From: an uncultured Opitutia bacterium
GTDB taxonomy: Bacteria > Verrucomicrobiota > Verrucomicrobiia > Opitutales > UBA953
DNA length: 64,000 nucleotides
Reading direction: 5' to 3'
Assembly (NCBI GenBank): GCA_903835965.1
Contig: CAILOT010000064.1
Location: forward strand, 1,252 to 65,251
Shown here: piece after piece, positions 18,825 through 28,593 of the stretch
Position numbering within the stretch: the stretch's first letter is position 1
Layout of the letters: each line of letters begins with the position of its first letter
Program-made: the position numbers and the translations under genes
Notes under the pieces: generated by a model
The model's database searches: none
What the model was told of the DNA's origin: nothing
The model's input: the letters and a program-made list of their open reading frames with translations, nothing else

Positions 18825-19951
18825 GTTCATTCATCTCTCGCTGGATTTCTAACGCGCAGCCGCAAACCGCTGCGGCGCTCCTGCCGGGCAATCGTTTCTT
18901 TGTCCGCCGGCTCAACGTCGAAAGCGCGACCGCGGAAGAACAGGTAAACCTCGGGCTCGAAGCCATTTCACCCTTCCCGCTTGAACAAATGCTCGTGGGA
19001 CACGTTCTTTCCGCCGACGGCACCCAAGCCTTGGCCTATGCCGCCCACCGTCGTCGCTTCACGCCCGAAGAGAGCTTTGCCTGGCCGGACGATTGCCAAG
19101 TCATTCCCGAGTTCGTCGCCCTCTGCGGCATCCGCCCGAATGGCGCCGGCATCATCGTCCATCAAGGCGATGAACGCCTCACCGCAATGGCTTGGGGCGA
19201 AGGTGACACGCTTCCCGCCGCTATCGTCGTCGCCGAAATCGCAGACAGCGATCAGGCCTCAATCGCCCGCGAAGCTGCTGCCCGTGCCGACCTCCCCGCC
19301 GATACGGCCGTGACATCGATTTCCGGAGCCCTTCTCGGCGAAACCATCGAAGGCCAGTTATCCCTTAAGGCCGAAGGCAACGCGCCGATGCTGATCTCCA
19401 AGAAGGCTCTCGATGCCGCTGACATTCGCGACAGCGATTTCCTCGCCCAACGCCGCAAGAAAGAAAGCACCAACATGCTGATCTGGAACGCGACCCGCCT
19501 CGGATTGGCGACGCTCGTGGTCTCTTTCATCCTCGAACTGGTCGCGATGGGCATAAGCATGCGCAGCAATAAGCTGCAGACCCTGAACGAGAGCCAGCAG
19601 CCCCTCGTCGCCGAAATTGAAGCGGCCCAAGCCATCTCGGCCCGTATCATCGATCTCGGGGTGAAACGCCCGCTCTCGCTCGAGATGCTCGCCTTGGCCA
19701 ACGAACACCGCCCAAGTACCCTCGATTTTCAACGCATCACCTGTAAGAATAACACCCTGCTCGAAGTCGAAGGTCGTACGACGAACGCGGGCGACATCGG
19801 CATCTTCGAACATGCACTGTCCGGACTTCCTGAAGTAGCTTCCGCTGCCAGTCGCGACATTCGCGCCCGCGAATCATCGACGACTTTCACTATCGCCATC
19901 ACTTTCAAACCTGAAGTCCTCCGCAAATCTGCGGCCACCCCAAAACAATGA
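18821..19951 (+). CDS. gspL: assembly-platform protein, GspL/PilN-like
   Basis: 376 aa. Cytoplasmic N-domain, a single TM segment (MLIWNATRLGLATLVVSFILELVAMGI), a coiled coil, then a ferredoxin-like C-terminal domain (LEVEGRTTNAGDIGIFEHALSGLPEVASA...FTIAITFKP) of PilN/GspL type. Confidence 0.6.
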   Translation: MSSFISRWISNAQPQTAAALLPGNRFFVRRLNVESATAEEQVNLGLEAISPFPLEQMLVGHVLSADGTQALAYAAHRRRFTPEESFAWPDDCQVIPEFVALCGIRPNGAGIIVHQGDERLTAMAWGEGDTLPAAIVVAEIADSDQASIAREAAARADLPADTAVTSISGALLGETIEGQLSLKAEGNAPMLISKKALDAADIRDSDFLAQRRKKESTNMLIWNATRLGLATLVVSFILELVAMGISMRSNKLQTLNESQQPLVAEIEAAQAISARIIDLGVKRPLSLEMLALANEHRPSTLDFQRITCKNNTLLEVEGRTTNAGDIGIFEHALSGLPEVASAASRDIRARESSTTFTIAITFKPEVLRKSAATPKQ

Positions 19952-20493
19952 AACACCTCTTTTTCTCCCTTAAGATGCGCGAACGCGTGATGGCGCTCGC
20001 CGCCTTGGCCGTCGCTGCCTTCCTTTGGTCAACCGGCTCATGGGCGCGCACCCGGGGTGGCTGGGATAACTGGCAGGCCCTCGAAACTGAAGCCAAGATT
20101 CAATCCTCCTGGATGGCTAAAGAGAAAGATATCCGCAACGCGGCGACTGCAGCCGTCCAAGGCCTTGATGCCGGTCACGGTTTTGATGAAGCCCGCCTCG
20201 TCGCCGAAGCCGTTGCCGCTGCCAAAGAAGCCGGCCTCGTAGCCAACACCGAAGCACCCAAGACCCAGAAGGCCGGCCGCTTCGCCATCCACTCCCTGCA
20301 GATGAGCTGCCGCCGCGCCGACATGGCAAGCATGGTCAAGTTTTACGAAAACATCAGCGAGCGCGCACCCTATGTGGCCATCAGTCAACTTACGTTGCAA
20401 TCTGATCGCGGCACGAGCGGAACGGTGACGGCGACACTTCGCCTAGATGCGCTGGAACTGATTTCTCCCACGACTCCCGCTCCGGCTAAATAA
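19948..20493 (+). CDS. gspM: assembly-platform protein, GspM/PilO-like
   Basis: 181 aa. N-terminal TM segment (VMALAALAVAAFLW). C-terminal domain ending ...ISQLTLQSDRGTSGTVTATLRLDALELI. Last gene of the operon. Confidence 0.55.
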   Translation: MKHLFFSLKMRERVMALAALAVAAFLWSTGSWARTRGGWDNWQALETEAKIQSSWMAKEKDIRNAATAAVQGLDAGHGFDEARLVAEAVAAAKEAGLVANTEAPKTQKAGRFAIHSLQMSCRRADMASMVKFYENISERAPYVAISQLTLQSDRGTSGTVTATLRLDALELISPTTPAPAK

Positions 20494-20495
20494 GC

Positions 20496-21728
20496 CTAGA
20501 AGCGGAAGCTTGAGCTGACCTCGAAAACGGCTGCCACGATCGCGAACGCGATGAAGGCGACGAAGGAGAAGGCGGCGACCAAGACGGAGGCGGAAATCGT
20601 CTGGGAGATTGTGCCCAACCATCGATCGAGCTCGGCGCGATAAGAGCGCGAAATGTCCCGCAGGCCTGGCGCCAAGTTGCCGGTCTGCTCTGCGACGGCG
20701 ACTCGGTCCAAAAGCAGACGGGGAAAGTAACCCGTGCGGGCCAAAGCCTTCGAAAGGCTATCGCCTTCCAGCACGCGGTCGGTGGCTTCGCGCAACTGTT
20801 GACGGAGGGCGCGGTTAGGCGCCGTCTTTTCAGCCAGCCGTAAGGCTTCGGCGGTCGTGATACCATTCTCCAGCAAGACCGCCAAGGTATGACAGAAATT
20901 AAGGACTGAAACCCGCATCACGAACGACCCAGCAATCGGCACGCGCAACAGCAAGGCGTCAGAAGCGATCTTACCCGCATCCGTCCGGCGCCAGCGATAG
21001 ACTCCGATGATTGTAATCACCAAAAGGCCGGCGAAAATCGGTCCGGCGACGACAAAGACATCGGCGAAGGTGATTAGCAGCTTCGTGGATAGTGGCAGTT
21101 TGCCGCCCAAAGAATTAAGCAAGGTCTGCAAGCGCGGCAGAAGGAACAAGACGAAGAAAATCACGACCCCGATGGCGATGACACAGATGAAGATCGGGTA
21201 GGCCATGGCGCCGATTAATTTGCGGCGGAATTCCTTTTGTTCGTTGAAGTGCGAGATCAACCGCTCCAACACATCGCGGATATTGCCGGTGGCCTCACCC
21301 GCCGAAATGAGATTGATCGTCTGTCCGTCAAAGACCTTGGGAAAAGCGCCCATCGCTGCCGAGAGGCTCTGGCCTTCGCCCAGCTTGGCCCAGATACCGG
21401 AACAAAGCGTCCGCAGTCGGGATTTTTGCAGCCGCAGCGATAGCAGTCGTAAGGATTCGCCGGCGGACATCCCGCTGCGCACCAAGTCAGCCATGGATTC
21501 TAAAAACGGCAGGCACTCGGCTTCGGTCGGCTCTTGGTCTGGCGTAAGCTTTGAGCCATCCTTGGATGCTTCTTTTGCCCGTACCGCCGCACCGGCCTCT
21601 TCGACTTTCAAGGGGCGGATATTCCGAGACTGCAAGCGCCGTAAGGCCTCGCGGCGATTCGGGGCTTCGATTGTCCCCTCGGCCGACGCTCCTTGGGCAT
21701 CGCGTGCGGTATAGTTAAAGACAGCCAT
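20496..21728 (-). CDS. gspF: type II secretion system inner-membrane platform protein GspF
   Basis: 410 aa. Two repeated GspF/PilC cytoplasmic domains with three TM segments (MAVFNYTARDAQG..., LPRLQTLLNSLGGKLPLSTKLL..., AEQTGNLAPGLRDISRSY). Confidence 0.9.
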   Translation of the reverse strand: MAVFNYTARDAQGASAEGTIEAPNRREALRRLQSRNIRPLKVEEAGAAVRAKEASKDGSKLTPDQEPTEAECLPFLESMADLVRSGMSAGESLRLLSLRLQKSRLRTLCSGIWAKLGEGQSLSAAMGAFPKVFDGQTINLISAGEATGNIRDVLERLISHFNEQKEFRRKLIGAMAYPIFICVIAIGVVIFFVLFLLPRLQTLLNSLGGKLPLSTKLLITFADVFVVAGPIFAGLLVITIIGVYRWRRTDAGKIASDALLLRVPIAGSFVMRVSVLNFCHTLAVLLENGITTAEALRLAEKTAPNRALRQQLREATDRVLEGDSLSKALARTGYFPRLLLDRVAVAEQTGNLAPGLRDISRSYRAELDRWLGTISQTISASVLVAAFSFVAFIAFAIVAAVFEVSSSFRF

Positions 21729-21733
21729 CGGGC

Positions 21734-23419
21734 TTATTCGTTCGAACTTAGGTTGCGCACGAGCTCATCGATGGTCGTGTGGCCTTGGACGACCTTGATC
21801 CAGCCCGCCCGAGCCAATGGCCGCATCCCTTGGGAAATCGCTTTCTCCGTGAGTTCGCGATTACTGACGCGACTGACGATCAAATCATGCAACGGCTTAG
21901 GGTGGAAAATTTCGAAGACACCGACGCGTCCGCGATAACCCGTATTGCGACACTTACGGCAACCGACCGGCTCGCGCAGGGTAGTGACTTCCGCCAACTC
22001 CGCTTCACCCATGCCCAAAGCTTCCAGGGCTGGCAAAAGACGCTCGCGAACGACTGGTACCGTCTTGGCACAATCGCTACAGACTCGGCGAACGAGACGC
22101 TGGGCGATGACCAGCTCGACAGCCGAGGCGACCAAGAAGGGCTCTACGCCCATGTCGACCAGACGCGTGATGGCACCAGGCGCGTCGTTGGTGTGCAAGG
22201 TCGAGAAAACAAGGTGACCCGTCAACGAGGCGCGGATGGAAATTTCAGCGGTCTCTAAGTCGCGGATTTCCCCGACCATGATGACGTCCGGATCTTGACG
22301 CAGCGTGCTTCGTAAGGCGTTGGCGAACGTCAGACCGATTTCGGCCTTGGTCTGCACCTGGTTCGCGCCTGGCACTTCGTATTCAATCGGATCTTCAATC
22401 GTCACGATGCGGAGTTCGGGCGAATTGATTTCCTGCAAGAAGGCGTTCAACGTCGTCGACTTACCCGAACCGGTGGGGCCGGTGACGAGGATGATCCCGT
22501 GCGGGTAATCGAGCACCTTGCGCACGGCGGACTGCTCATCGGGGTTCATGCCGATGCGGTCCATGTTATAAGCCTCCTTACGTTGATTCAGGAGACGAAG
22601 CGAAACGGATTCGGCGTAGATGGTAGGAATCGTCGAGACGCGAATATCGAGGACGTTCTTGCCATCGCGGAAATTGATCCGGCCGTCTTGCGGTAGACGA
22701 CGTTCGGAAATGTTCAGTCGCGCCATGATTTTTAGGCGTGAGATAATGGCGTCCTGAAAGCGCGAAAGGTTATCCGGTAAAGGTACCGCGAGCAGGATAC
22801 CGTCGACGCGATAACGGATGCGCAACGCCCCTTCTTGGGGTTCGAAGTGTACGTCCGTCGCGCCTTCGGCCACGGCTTGAGAAAGGACTTCCGTGACGAA
22901 GCGGACGACGGCAGCGTCTTGGTCGGCTTCGACATCGGCGCCAGCCGCTTGTAATTCGGGAAGGTCTTCGCCTTCGTCATCCAAGCTGCCCGAACCCACG
23001 CCGTAGTTTTCGTTGATCAGCTGACTGACGCGCTCGGGCGGAGCCAGATACCACTTGGGGCGGCGGGGCGTAAAAGTCGCGACCCAATCGGCCGTGTCAG
23101 CATCCGGCGGAAGCGAGGTCACCAAGCGAAGACGGCCTTCTTCGCCGCCGGGCATGGTAACCGGTACCACTTGGGCTTCGGAAGCGATCCGGGCGGGTAA
23201 GATTTTTAAACCTTCCAGATCGATGGCTGGCTCATCCAGGACTTCGAAGCCCGTCAGCTTCGCCAATTCGGCGAGCAGTCCGGCCTCATTGAGATTAAGC
23301 GCTTGAGCCAAAAATTTAAAGCGGGCCTCACGCGGCGTCTCCGCGAACGCGGCGCGAGCCTCGTCGGTCAGTCTTTCGGCGAGCGCCGAAGGCAGTCCGT
23401 GCCGGTCAACAGTCAGCAT
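21734..23419 (-). CDS. gspE: type II secretion system ATPase GspE
   Basis: 561 aa. Walker A GPTGSGKSTTL. Asp/His boxes (IMVGEIRDLETAEISIRASLTGHLVFSTLHTNDA). C-terminal tetracysteine CSDC...CRKC. Confidence 0.95.
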   Translation of the reverse strand: MLTVDRHGLPSALAERLTDEARAAFAETPREARFKFLAQALNLNEAGLLAELAKLTGFEVLDEPAIDLEGLKILPARIASEAQVVPVTMPGGEEGRLRLVTSLPPDADTADWVATFTPRRPKWYLAPPERVSQLINENYGVGSGSLDDEGEDLPELQAAGADVEADQDAAVVRFVTEVLSQAVAEGATDVHFEPQEGALRIRYRVDGILLAVPLPDNLSRFQDAIISRLKIMARLNISERRLPQDGRINFRDGKNVLDIRVSTIPTIYAESVSLRLLNQRKEAYNMDRIGMNPDEQSAVRKVLDYPHGIILVTGPTGSGKSTTLNAFLQEINSPELRIVTIEDPIEYEVPGANQVQTKAEIGLTFANALRSTLRQDPDVIMVGEIRDLETAEISIRASLTGHLVFSTLHTNDAPGAITRLVDMGVEPFLVASAVELVIAQRLVRRVCSDCAKTVPVVRERLLPALEALGMGEAELAEVTTLREPVGCRKCRNTGYRGRVGVFEIFHPKPLHDLIVSRVSNRELTEKAISQGMRPLARAGWIKVVQGHTTIDELVRNLSSNE

Positions 23420-23420
23420 G

Positions 23421-25586
23421 TTACTTCTTTGCAGGTGCGGCTACCGGTTGACCAGGGATACGGTCGAGTACCTGACGGGCTTCAGGTCCGAGGCTCGACG
23501 CATCGACGCGATTGAGTCCGTCGATGTTATCGGCGGCCGTATTCGTCAAAACGTAAGGACGAAGGAACATCACCAGCTCCGTGCGAGTTTCGTCGCTTTG
23601 GCTTCCGCCAAATAGATCGCTCAAGAATGGAATCGGTCCGAGTCGGCTGGTGGATTTGATTTTCTGCCGGCGCTGCAAGCCGCCGAGGACGATGATTTCT
23701 CCGCTCATCGCACTGACGAAGGAATCCGTCGTGCGACGGCCAATGATCGGCTGGCTGTTGTTGTCGACCATGACGTGGTCGATAATGTCTTCCACGGATT
23801 GGCTGACCTGTAATTGTACGGCTCCGTCCTTCCCGATCAGCGGTAGGACTTTTAATTGGATGCCGATATCGCGCATGGAAACCGTCGAGCTGGTCGTCAG
23901 GCCGGTCGAGCTACTGGTGTTAGCTGTCGAAGTCACCCCGGTGATGACGGGGAGAGATTCGCCGACGAAGATCGTCGCCTCTTTATTATGCGTGGTGGTG
24001 ATAGCCGGGCAGGACAGGATACGCGCGTCGTTTTTAGCGGGCGTGGTGGCGAGGCCGATGATACCGGTCAAGTTGCCACTGCTGTTGATGGTCGCTTGTC
24101 CGCCGGCGAGACCCCCTAAGCTTGAACCATTGGCGCCTGCAGCCGAAAGGAACGTGCCGCCGATGCTCGTAAGCTTACCGTTTGTCACCGTCATGTTCAG
24201 TGAGGAAATCCCGCTGGTATCGCTATCGGTCAAGGTCACTTCGGCGATGACTACTTCGACGCGCACCTGGGGGAGTAAGCCGTCGACTTTTTCGATCAAG
24301 TCGCGAAGCAGGCGCAAGTCATCCTTGGTGCCGGAAACAATGATCGAGTTGCTGCGGACGTCCGGCAATACGGTCACCGTGCTACTGAATTCATCAGCAC
24401 CCGCTTGGGCCGCGCCAGCGGCGGCGGCAGTGGCGACGGGAGCCGCAACGACGGGAACCGCAGCCCGGGCGCTCGGTGAGGTTTTTGATGTCCCACTTGC
24501 CTTGGTCGCGGCGGCGACCTGACCGGTGACCAACTGGGTCAGCATCGTGGCGACCTGGGTCGCGTCCGAGTGGCGGAGCGCGATTACGTCCGTCTTGGTG
24601 TTGGGCGCTGAAGCTGAATCCAGGGTGTTAATGAGCTTATCAAAGAATTCATGCTGGTCGGCAGAACCCATCAGGATGATCCGGTTCGTCCGTTCGTCGG
24701 CGGTAAAGCTCGTGCCGGTGCTCAAACGGAAAGGCGCTCCACCCGTGGCGGCTGGCGTGCGCAGCAAGGCCGTCAGCTTATTGACTAAGTCGGTGGCGAC
24801 GGCGTTCGTCAAAGAATACGTCTTGGTGGCGATGACATCGAGCTGCGGACGGTCTAACTGCAGCACCAAGTTTTCTACTTTCTGGAGATTGGTGATCGAA
24901 TCGGTGACGAGCAGGGCGTTATTACGCGCGAAGTAGATCGGCGGCGAAGCAAGCGTGGTATTCAACATGCCGGCGATTTGGACGACCATTTCTTGTCCGC
25001 TGGCGTGCTTGAGCGTGAAAATTTTGGAAGCGATACGTCCGCTAGGCGGCATCTTAAGCGTGCTATCCATGAGCAAGGTCGGCGACTCAGCCTTGGCGAC
25101 GAGGTTGGGGACGACCTTGAGGAATTTATCTCCCTGCTGGATGACCGCGATGCCGTTAAGGTTAAGCAAGGTCTCGATTGCGAGGAGGGCTTCGTCGCGC
25201 GTAATCGAGGCGGGCAGCGAAAGCGTGTAGACGTTTGCGGGGAGGGCTTGCGGGCGAAGTACCGACTTACCGGTCCAGCGCTGCAAAAGCTCTATCATTT
25301 GGGCGACGGTTTCATCGCGCAGAATGACTGGCCCGACCTTATCGGAACCTAAGAGTTCGGGAGTTGGTACCGCTGCTGCGACGGCGACAACCGCAGGGGT
25401 GGCCACGGCAGTGGCGGTGGGGGTAGGAGCCACGGGAGCTGCGGCAGGTGCACCCTGACCGAAGAAGGTAGTGGGGAGAACGGTGCCCAATAAGCATAGG
25501 CAGTAAAAGGGCAGGTAGGCCCGGCGTTCACGTGGGGTCGAAATATGGCAATTCACTGGAGGGAGGGTACAAGGGGATAACACCAA
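23421..25586 (-). CDS. gspD: type II secretion system secretin GspD
   Basis: 721 aa. N0/N1-type domains (VILRDETVAQMIELLQRWTGKSV...). Secretin core (VEVVIAEVTL..., PFLSDLFG...ELVMFLRPYV). There is no ATG near the 5' end and the ORF track uses TTG, so the exact start is uncertain. Confidence 0.9.
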   Translation of the reverse strand: MVLSPCTLPPVNCHISTPRERRAYLPFYCLCLLGTVLPTTFFGQGAPAAAPVAPTPTATAVATPAVVAVAAAVPTPELLGSDKVGPVILRDETVAQMIELLQRWTGKSVLRPQALPANVYTLSLPASITRDEALLAIETLLNLNGIAVIQQGDKFLKVVPNLVAKAESPTLLMDSTLKMPPSGRIASKIFTLKHASGQEMVVQIAGMLNTTLASPPIYFARNNALLVTDSITNLQKVENLVLQLDRPQLDVIATKTYSLTNAVATDLVNKLTALLRTPAATGGAPFRLSTGTSFTADERTNRIILMGSADQHEFFDKLINTLDSASAPNTKTDVIALRHSDATQVATMLTQLVTGQVAAATKASGTSKTSPSARAAVPVVAAPVATAAAAGAAQAGADEFSSTVTVLPDVRSNSIIVSGTKDDLRLLRDLIEKVDGLLPQVRVEVVIAEVTLTDSDTSGISSLNMTVTNGKLTSIGGTFLSAAGANGSSLGGLAGGQATINSSGNLTGIIGLATTPAKNDARILSCPAITTTHNKEATIFVGESLPVITGVTSTANTSSSTGLTTSSTVSMRDIGIQLKVLPLIGKDGAVQLQVSQSVEDIIDHVMVDNNSQPIIGRRTTDSFVSAMSGEIIVLGGLQRRQKIKSTSRLGPIPFLSDLFGGSQSDETRTELVMFLRPYVLTNTAADNIDGLNRVDASSLGPEARQVLDRIPGQPVAAPAKK

Positions 25587-25757
25587 ACTGGAAGAATAGT
25601 TCGATTAGTTTTAACGAATTTGGTGAATTTCTTGTTATTAGCCCGATCGCCAGCCTCCGAGTTGGCATAATCCTTCACTTATGGTGAACAATTATTCACC
25701 TTTTTCTTGCCTATTTGGCCTTCTTGGTGCAATTAAGGCATATAAACCCGATTTCTC

Positions 25758-26288
25758 GTGCGCGAAGATATTCCCGAATGGCTCGGCAAGCCTCCCCTCC
25801 GCGGCACTGCAAAGTGGGATGCTTGGCTAGCGAAATGGCGGCAGTATGCCCGGGTCGAATTACGTGATACCGCCGCCGATGACCCCGACTTTGATTTTGG
25901 CCTTCTAACGGTAGACGAAAGGTGGCGGGTGGCTCTGCAAATCGAAGTGCGCGCCCACATTACCGCCGGGCGAGCGGGCGCACCGCCACCGATGGAATTA
26001 GGCAAACGGATCAGCGATCTGAATCATGCCTCCGTCGTGGCTTGGATGGTCGGTCGCTCCGTCCTTTCTCCCCTCCCCGATGCGCGCGACCAGCAAGTCG
26101 CCGAGTGGAGCGCCGGGCGCGAAAACCCTCGCCGCCGCCGGATCGCGCACGGGATTCGCTACGGCTTCATCGCTGGCCTCGGTGGCGATGCCGCCTCCCC
26201 CTCTTGGTCGACGCCGGATTATGTCGCAGCCTATGAAGCCGCCTGGGCGGCCGGTAACGAGCTGGCGATTGAAAATGACCCTCGCTGA
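25758..26288 (+). CDS. hypothetical protein
   Basis: 176 aa ORF with a GTG start, native GC content and no recognisable motifs. Directly upstream of rmuC. Confidence 0.45.
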   Translation: MREDIPEWLGKPPLRGTAKWDAWLAKWRQYARVELRDTAADDPDFDFGLLTVDERWRVALQIEVRAHITAGRAGAPPPMELGKRISDLNHASVVAWMVGRSVLSPLPDARDQQVAEWSAGRENPRRRRIAHGIRYGFIAGLGGDAASPSWSTPDYVAAYEAAWAAGNELAIENDPR

Positions 26289-26341
26289 TAAGTTGCGGAA
26301 ACACCTCGGCCGGGTAGTCTGAGTCATTCTACAATAAATTC

Positions 26342-27715
26342 ATGGATTACCTTACTCCCATCCTGCTGGTCGCCGTACTCGCCGTGGTCATCTACGTCTC
26401 TTTCTTCAAATCCACCGAACCGGCCATCGACGACAAAAATAGCGGGCTGCTGATTGATGAGCTCCGCCGCCAACTCAGCGCCGCCCAGGCCACGGCTGAA
26501 AGCGAGCGCATCGCCAAGACCGACGCCCTATCCCGGGTGGCCGCCGCGGAGGCCGCGCGGAATGCGGCGTACCAACAACTCACCGAAGCCCAGCAAGGCA
26601 ATGAACGCGCCGTCAATCAACTCCGTGAAGACAATCGCAAAGCGCAGTCCGAAGCCGAAGCCCGCTACAATAAAGCGCTCACCGACCTGCGCATCACGTT
26701 CGAAAAGACCAGCACGGACGTGCTGAAGGGCATGGCTCCCGACGTCACCAAAGAAGTCTCTACGCGGGTGGAACCGCTGATCGCGCAGATCAACACCGCC
26801 CTGGAAAGTTATCGCAACGCCATGCAGCAAGGCCTGAGCGGCCAGGGGGAAGCGATTGCCGCGGTCAACGCGCAGATGAAACAGATTAGCGAAGCCACAA
26901 ACCTGCTGGCGGCGAGCACCAACGATTTTACCTCCGTGCTGAAGTCCTCACAACATCGCGGCAAGTGGGGCGAACAGACTTTGCGTCGCGTCGTCGAAGC
27001 CGCCGGACTGAGTGCGCTTTGCGACTTCACGGAGCAATCTTCCCAGGACGACACGCGCCCCGACCTAATCATCAACCTGCCGGAAAACCGCTGCGTCATC
27101 ATCGACTCCAAGGTGCCCGAATTCGATGTCGCGCTGGCCAACCAGGCCGCGCCCAACCGCAAGGAGCTCGTCAAGGCCCACGCAGTTAAGCTACGCGCCA
27201 CGATCAAGGCCCTGGCCGCACGCAACTATCCAGCCGCGCAGGCCAAGGCCGAACGTAAGGCCTTCGACAAAGTCATCTTGTTCTTGCCGGCCGAATCCCT
27301 GCTGAGCACCGCGCTCGAAGGCGATAACGATTTGATCATCGATGCTGGCAACGAAGGCATCCTGCTCGCCACACCCGCAACCCTGATGGGCTTCCTCTCA
27401 GCCATCAACTTAACTTGGCAGCAGCATAAGCAGGCCGAGAACTCGGCGCAGATCGCAAGCGAAGCGGCCGTGCTTTACGAACGAGTCGTGACGTTCATGG
27501 GACATTTCACCAAAGCACGCCGCGGACTCTCCTCGGCCGTCGATGCCTTCAATAGTGCAATCGGCAGTTACGAGGACCGTGTTCGGCCGCAAGGACGCGA
27601 AGTGCTCGCCCTTGGCGTTGCCCAAGGTTCCGACGCCTTAGAGAAAATCGAAAAGATCACCGGTGGCGTCCGCAAGTCGGACGAAGCCGAGAGCGACGAA
27701 AACCCAGCGGCTTGA
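26342..27715 (+). CDS. rmuC: DNA recombination protein RmuC
   Basis: 457 aa. N-terminal TM segment, long coiled coil, and a C-terminal RmuC nuclease-like domain (RGKWGEQTLRRVVEAAGL..., DSKVP..., VILFLPAESLL). Confidence 0.85.
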   Translation: MDYLTPILLVAVLAVVIYVSFFKSTEPAIDDKNSGLLIDELRRQLSAAQATAESERIAKTDALSRVAAAEAARNAAYQQLTEAQQGNERAVNQLREDNRKAQSEAEARYNKALTDLRITFEKTSTDVLKGMAPDVTKEVSTRVEPLIAQINTALESYRNAMQQGLSGQGEAIAAVNAQMKQISEATNLLAASTNDFTSVLKSSQHRGKWGEQTLRRVVEAAGLSALCDFTEQSSQDDTRPDLIINLPENRCVIIDSKVPEFDVALANQAAPNRKELVKAHAVKLRATIKALAARNYPAAQAKAERKAFDKVILFLPAESLLSTALEGDNDLIIDAGNEGILLATPATLMGFLSAINLTWQQHKQAENSAQIASEAAVLYERVVTFMGHFTKARRGLSSAVDAFNSAIGSYEDRVRPQGREVLALGVAQGSDALEKIEKITGGVRKSDEAESDENPAA

Positions 27716-27728
27716 TTAAACTCCCTCC

Positions 27729-27804
27729 TGGTGGAGCCGATGAGGTTCGAACTCACGGCCTCGTCGTTGCGAACGACGCGCTCTACCAACTGAGCTACGG
27801 CCCC
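27729..27804 (-). tRNA. tRNA-Ala (anticodon CGC), CCA encoded
   Basis: The reverse complement reads GGGGCCGTAGCTCAGTTGGTAGAGCGCGTCGTTCGCAACGACGAGGCCGTGAGTTCGAACCTCATCGGCTCCACCA. It folds as a cloverleaf with a G3:U70 pair and anticodon loop TTCGCAA. Confidence 0.9.
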
Positions 27805-27913
27805 AGCAGCAGGGTGGAAAGATAGCCAAAAGGCCCCCTCCCGACGGTCAAGGTTAGATGCCGACTCTCCTTGCTTTGGTTTAATTCCCGCATAGGTTTT
27901 TTGTCCTAATCCC

Positions 27914-28573
27914 ATGCGCGTAGCCAAAGAAACTGTCGTCGGTATCGAATACACCCTGAAAGACGACCAGGGCAACATCATCGATGCCTCCGGCGATCGC
28001 GGTCCGATGGAATACCTCCACGGCGCCCAAAATATCATCCCCGGCCTCGAACAAGGCATCGAAGGCTTGGAAGTCGGCGACACCAAAAATGTCCTCGTCC
28101 CGCCCAACCTCGGCTACGGCGAATACAGCGATAAATTACTGCAACGTGTCCCAATCGAACATTTTGGCGCCAACACGCCGCAGGTCGGCATGCGCTTCCA
28201 CGCCGAAACCAACCTCGGCATGCGCGTCCTGACGATCAAGCAGATCGAAGGCACCGAAGTCGTCCTCGACGGCAATCATGCCCTCGCCGGCAAGACGCTG
28301 CATTTCGACATCAAAGTCGCTTCTGTCCGCGCGGCTGAGCTGACCGAACTTTCCCACGGCCATCCTCACCAGTCCGGCGGTTGCTGTGGTGGCGGCGGAT
28401 GCGGTAGCGGCGAAGCCTCTGAGGGCGGTTGCTGCAGCTCTGGCGAAAGCTCCGAGGGTGGCTGTTGCTCTTCTGAAGAAGGTGCCTCGGCCAGTTGCTG
28501 TGGCTCCGAGCAACCTGCGGCCGAAGCCAAGAGCGGCGGCTGCGGCAACGGCGGTTGCGGCTGCGGCAACTGA
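27914..28573 (+). CDS. slyD: FKBP-type peptidyl-prolyl cis-trans isomerase SlyD with a Cys/Gly-rich metal-binding tail
   Basis: 219 aa. MRVAKETVVGIEYTLKDDQGNIIDAS...YLHGAQNIIPGLEQGIEGLEVGD...LDGNHALAGKTLHFDIKV is the SlyD FKBP+IF fold. The tail is HGHPHQSGGCCGGGGCGSGE... Confidence 0.85.
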   Translation: MRVAKETVVGIEYTLKDDQGNIIDASGDRGPMEYLHGAQNIIPGLEQGIEGLEVGDTKNVLVPPNLGYGEYSDKLLQRVPIEHFGANTPQVGMRFHAETNLGMRVLTIKQIEGTEVVLDGNHALAGKTLHFDIKVASVRAAELTELSHGHPHQSGGCCGGGGCGSGEASEGGCCSSGESSEGGCCSSEEGASASCCGSEQPAAEAKSGGCGNGGCGCGN

Positions 28574-28593
28574 ACCCTGACTCATACCAAAAA

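Noticed and set aside
25683-25700. The palindrome GGTGAAcaattaTTCACC in the gspD/hypothetical divergent region, considered as an operator.
   Set aside because: It has only 6-bp arms and no second copy elsewhere in the window. It might be a regulator site, but nothing in the sequence supports a specific call.
27568-28107. A 179-aa minus-strand ORF spanning the rmuC end, tRNA-Ala and the slyD start.
   Set aside because: It reads straight through the tRNA gene (AVAQLVERVVRNDEAVSSNLIGST is translated tRNA) and overlaps two well-supported genes.
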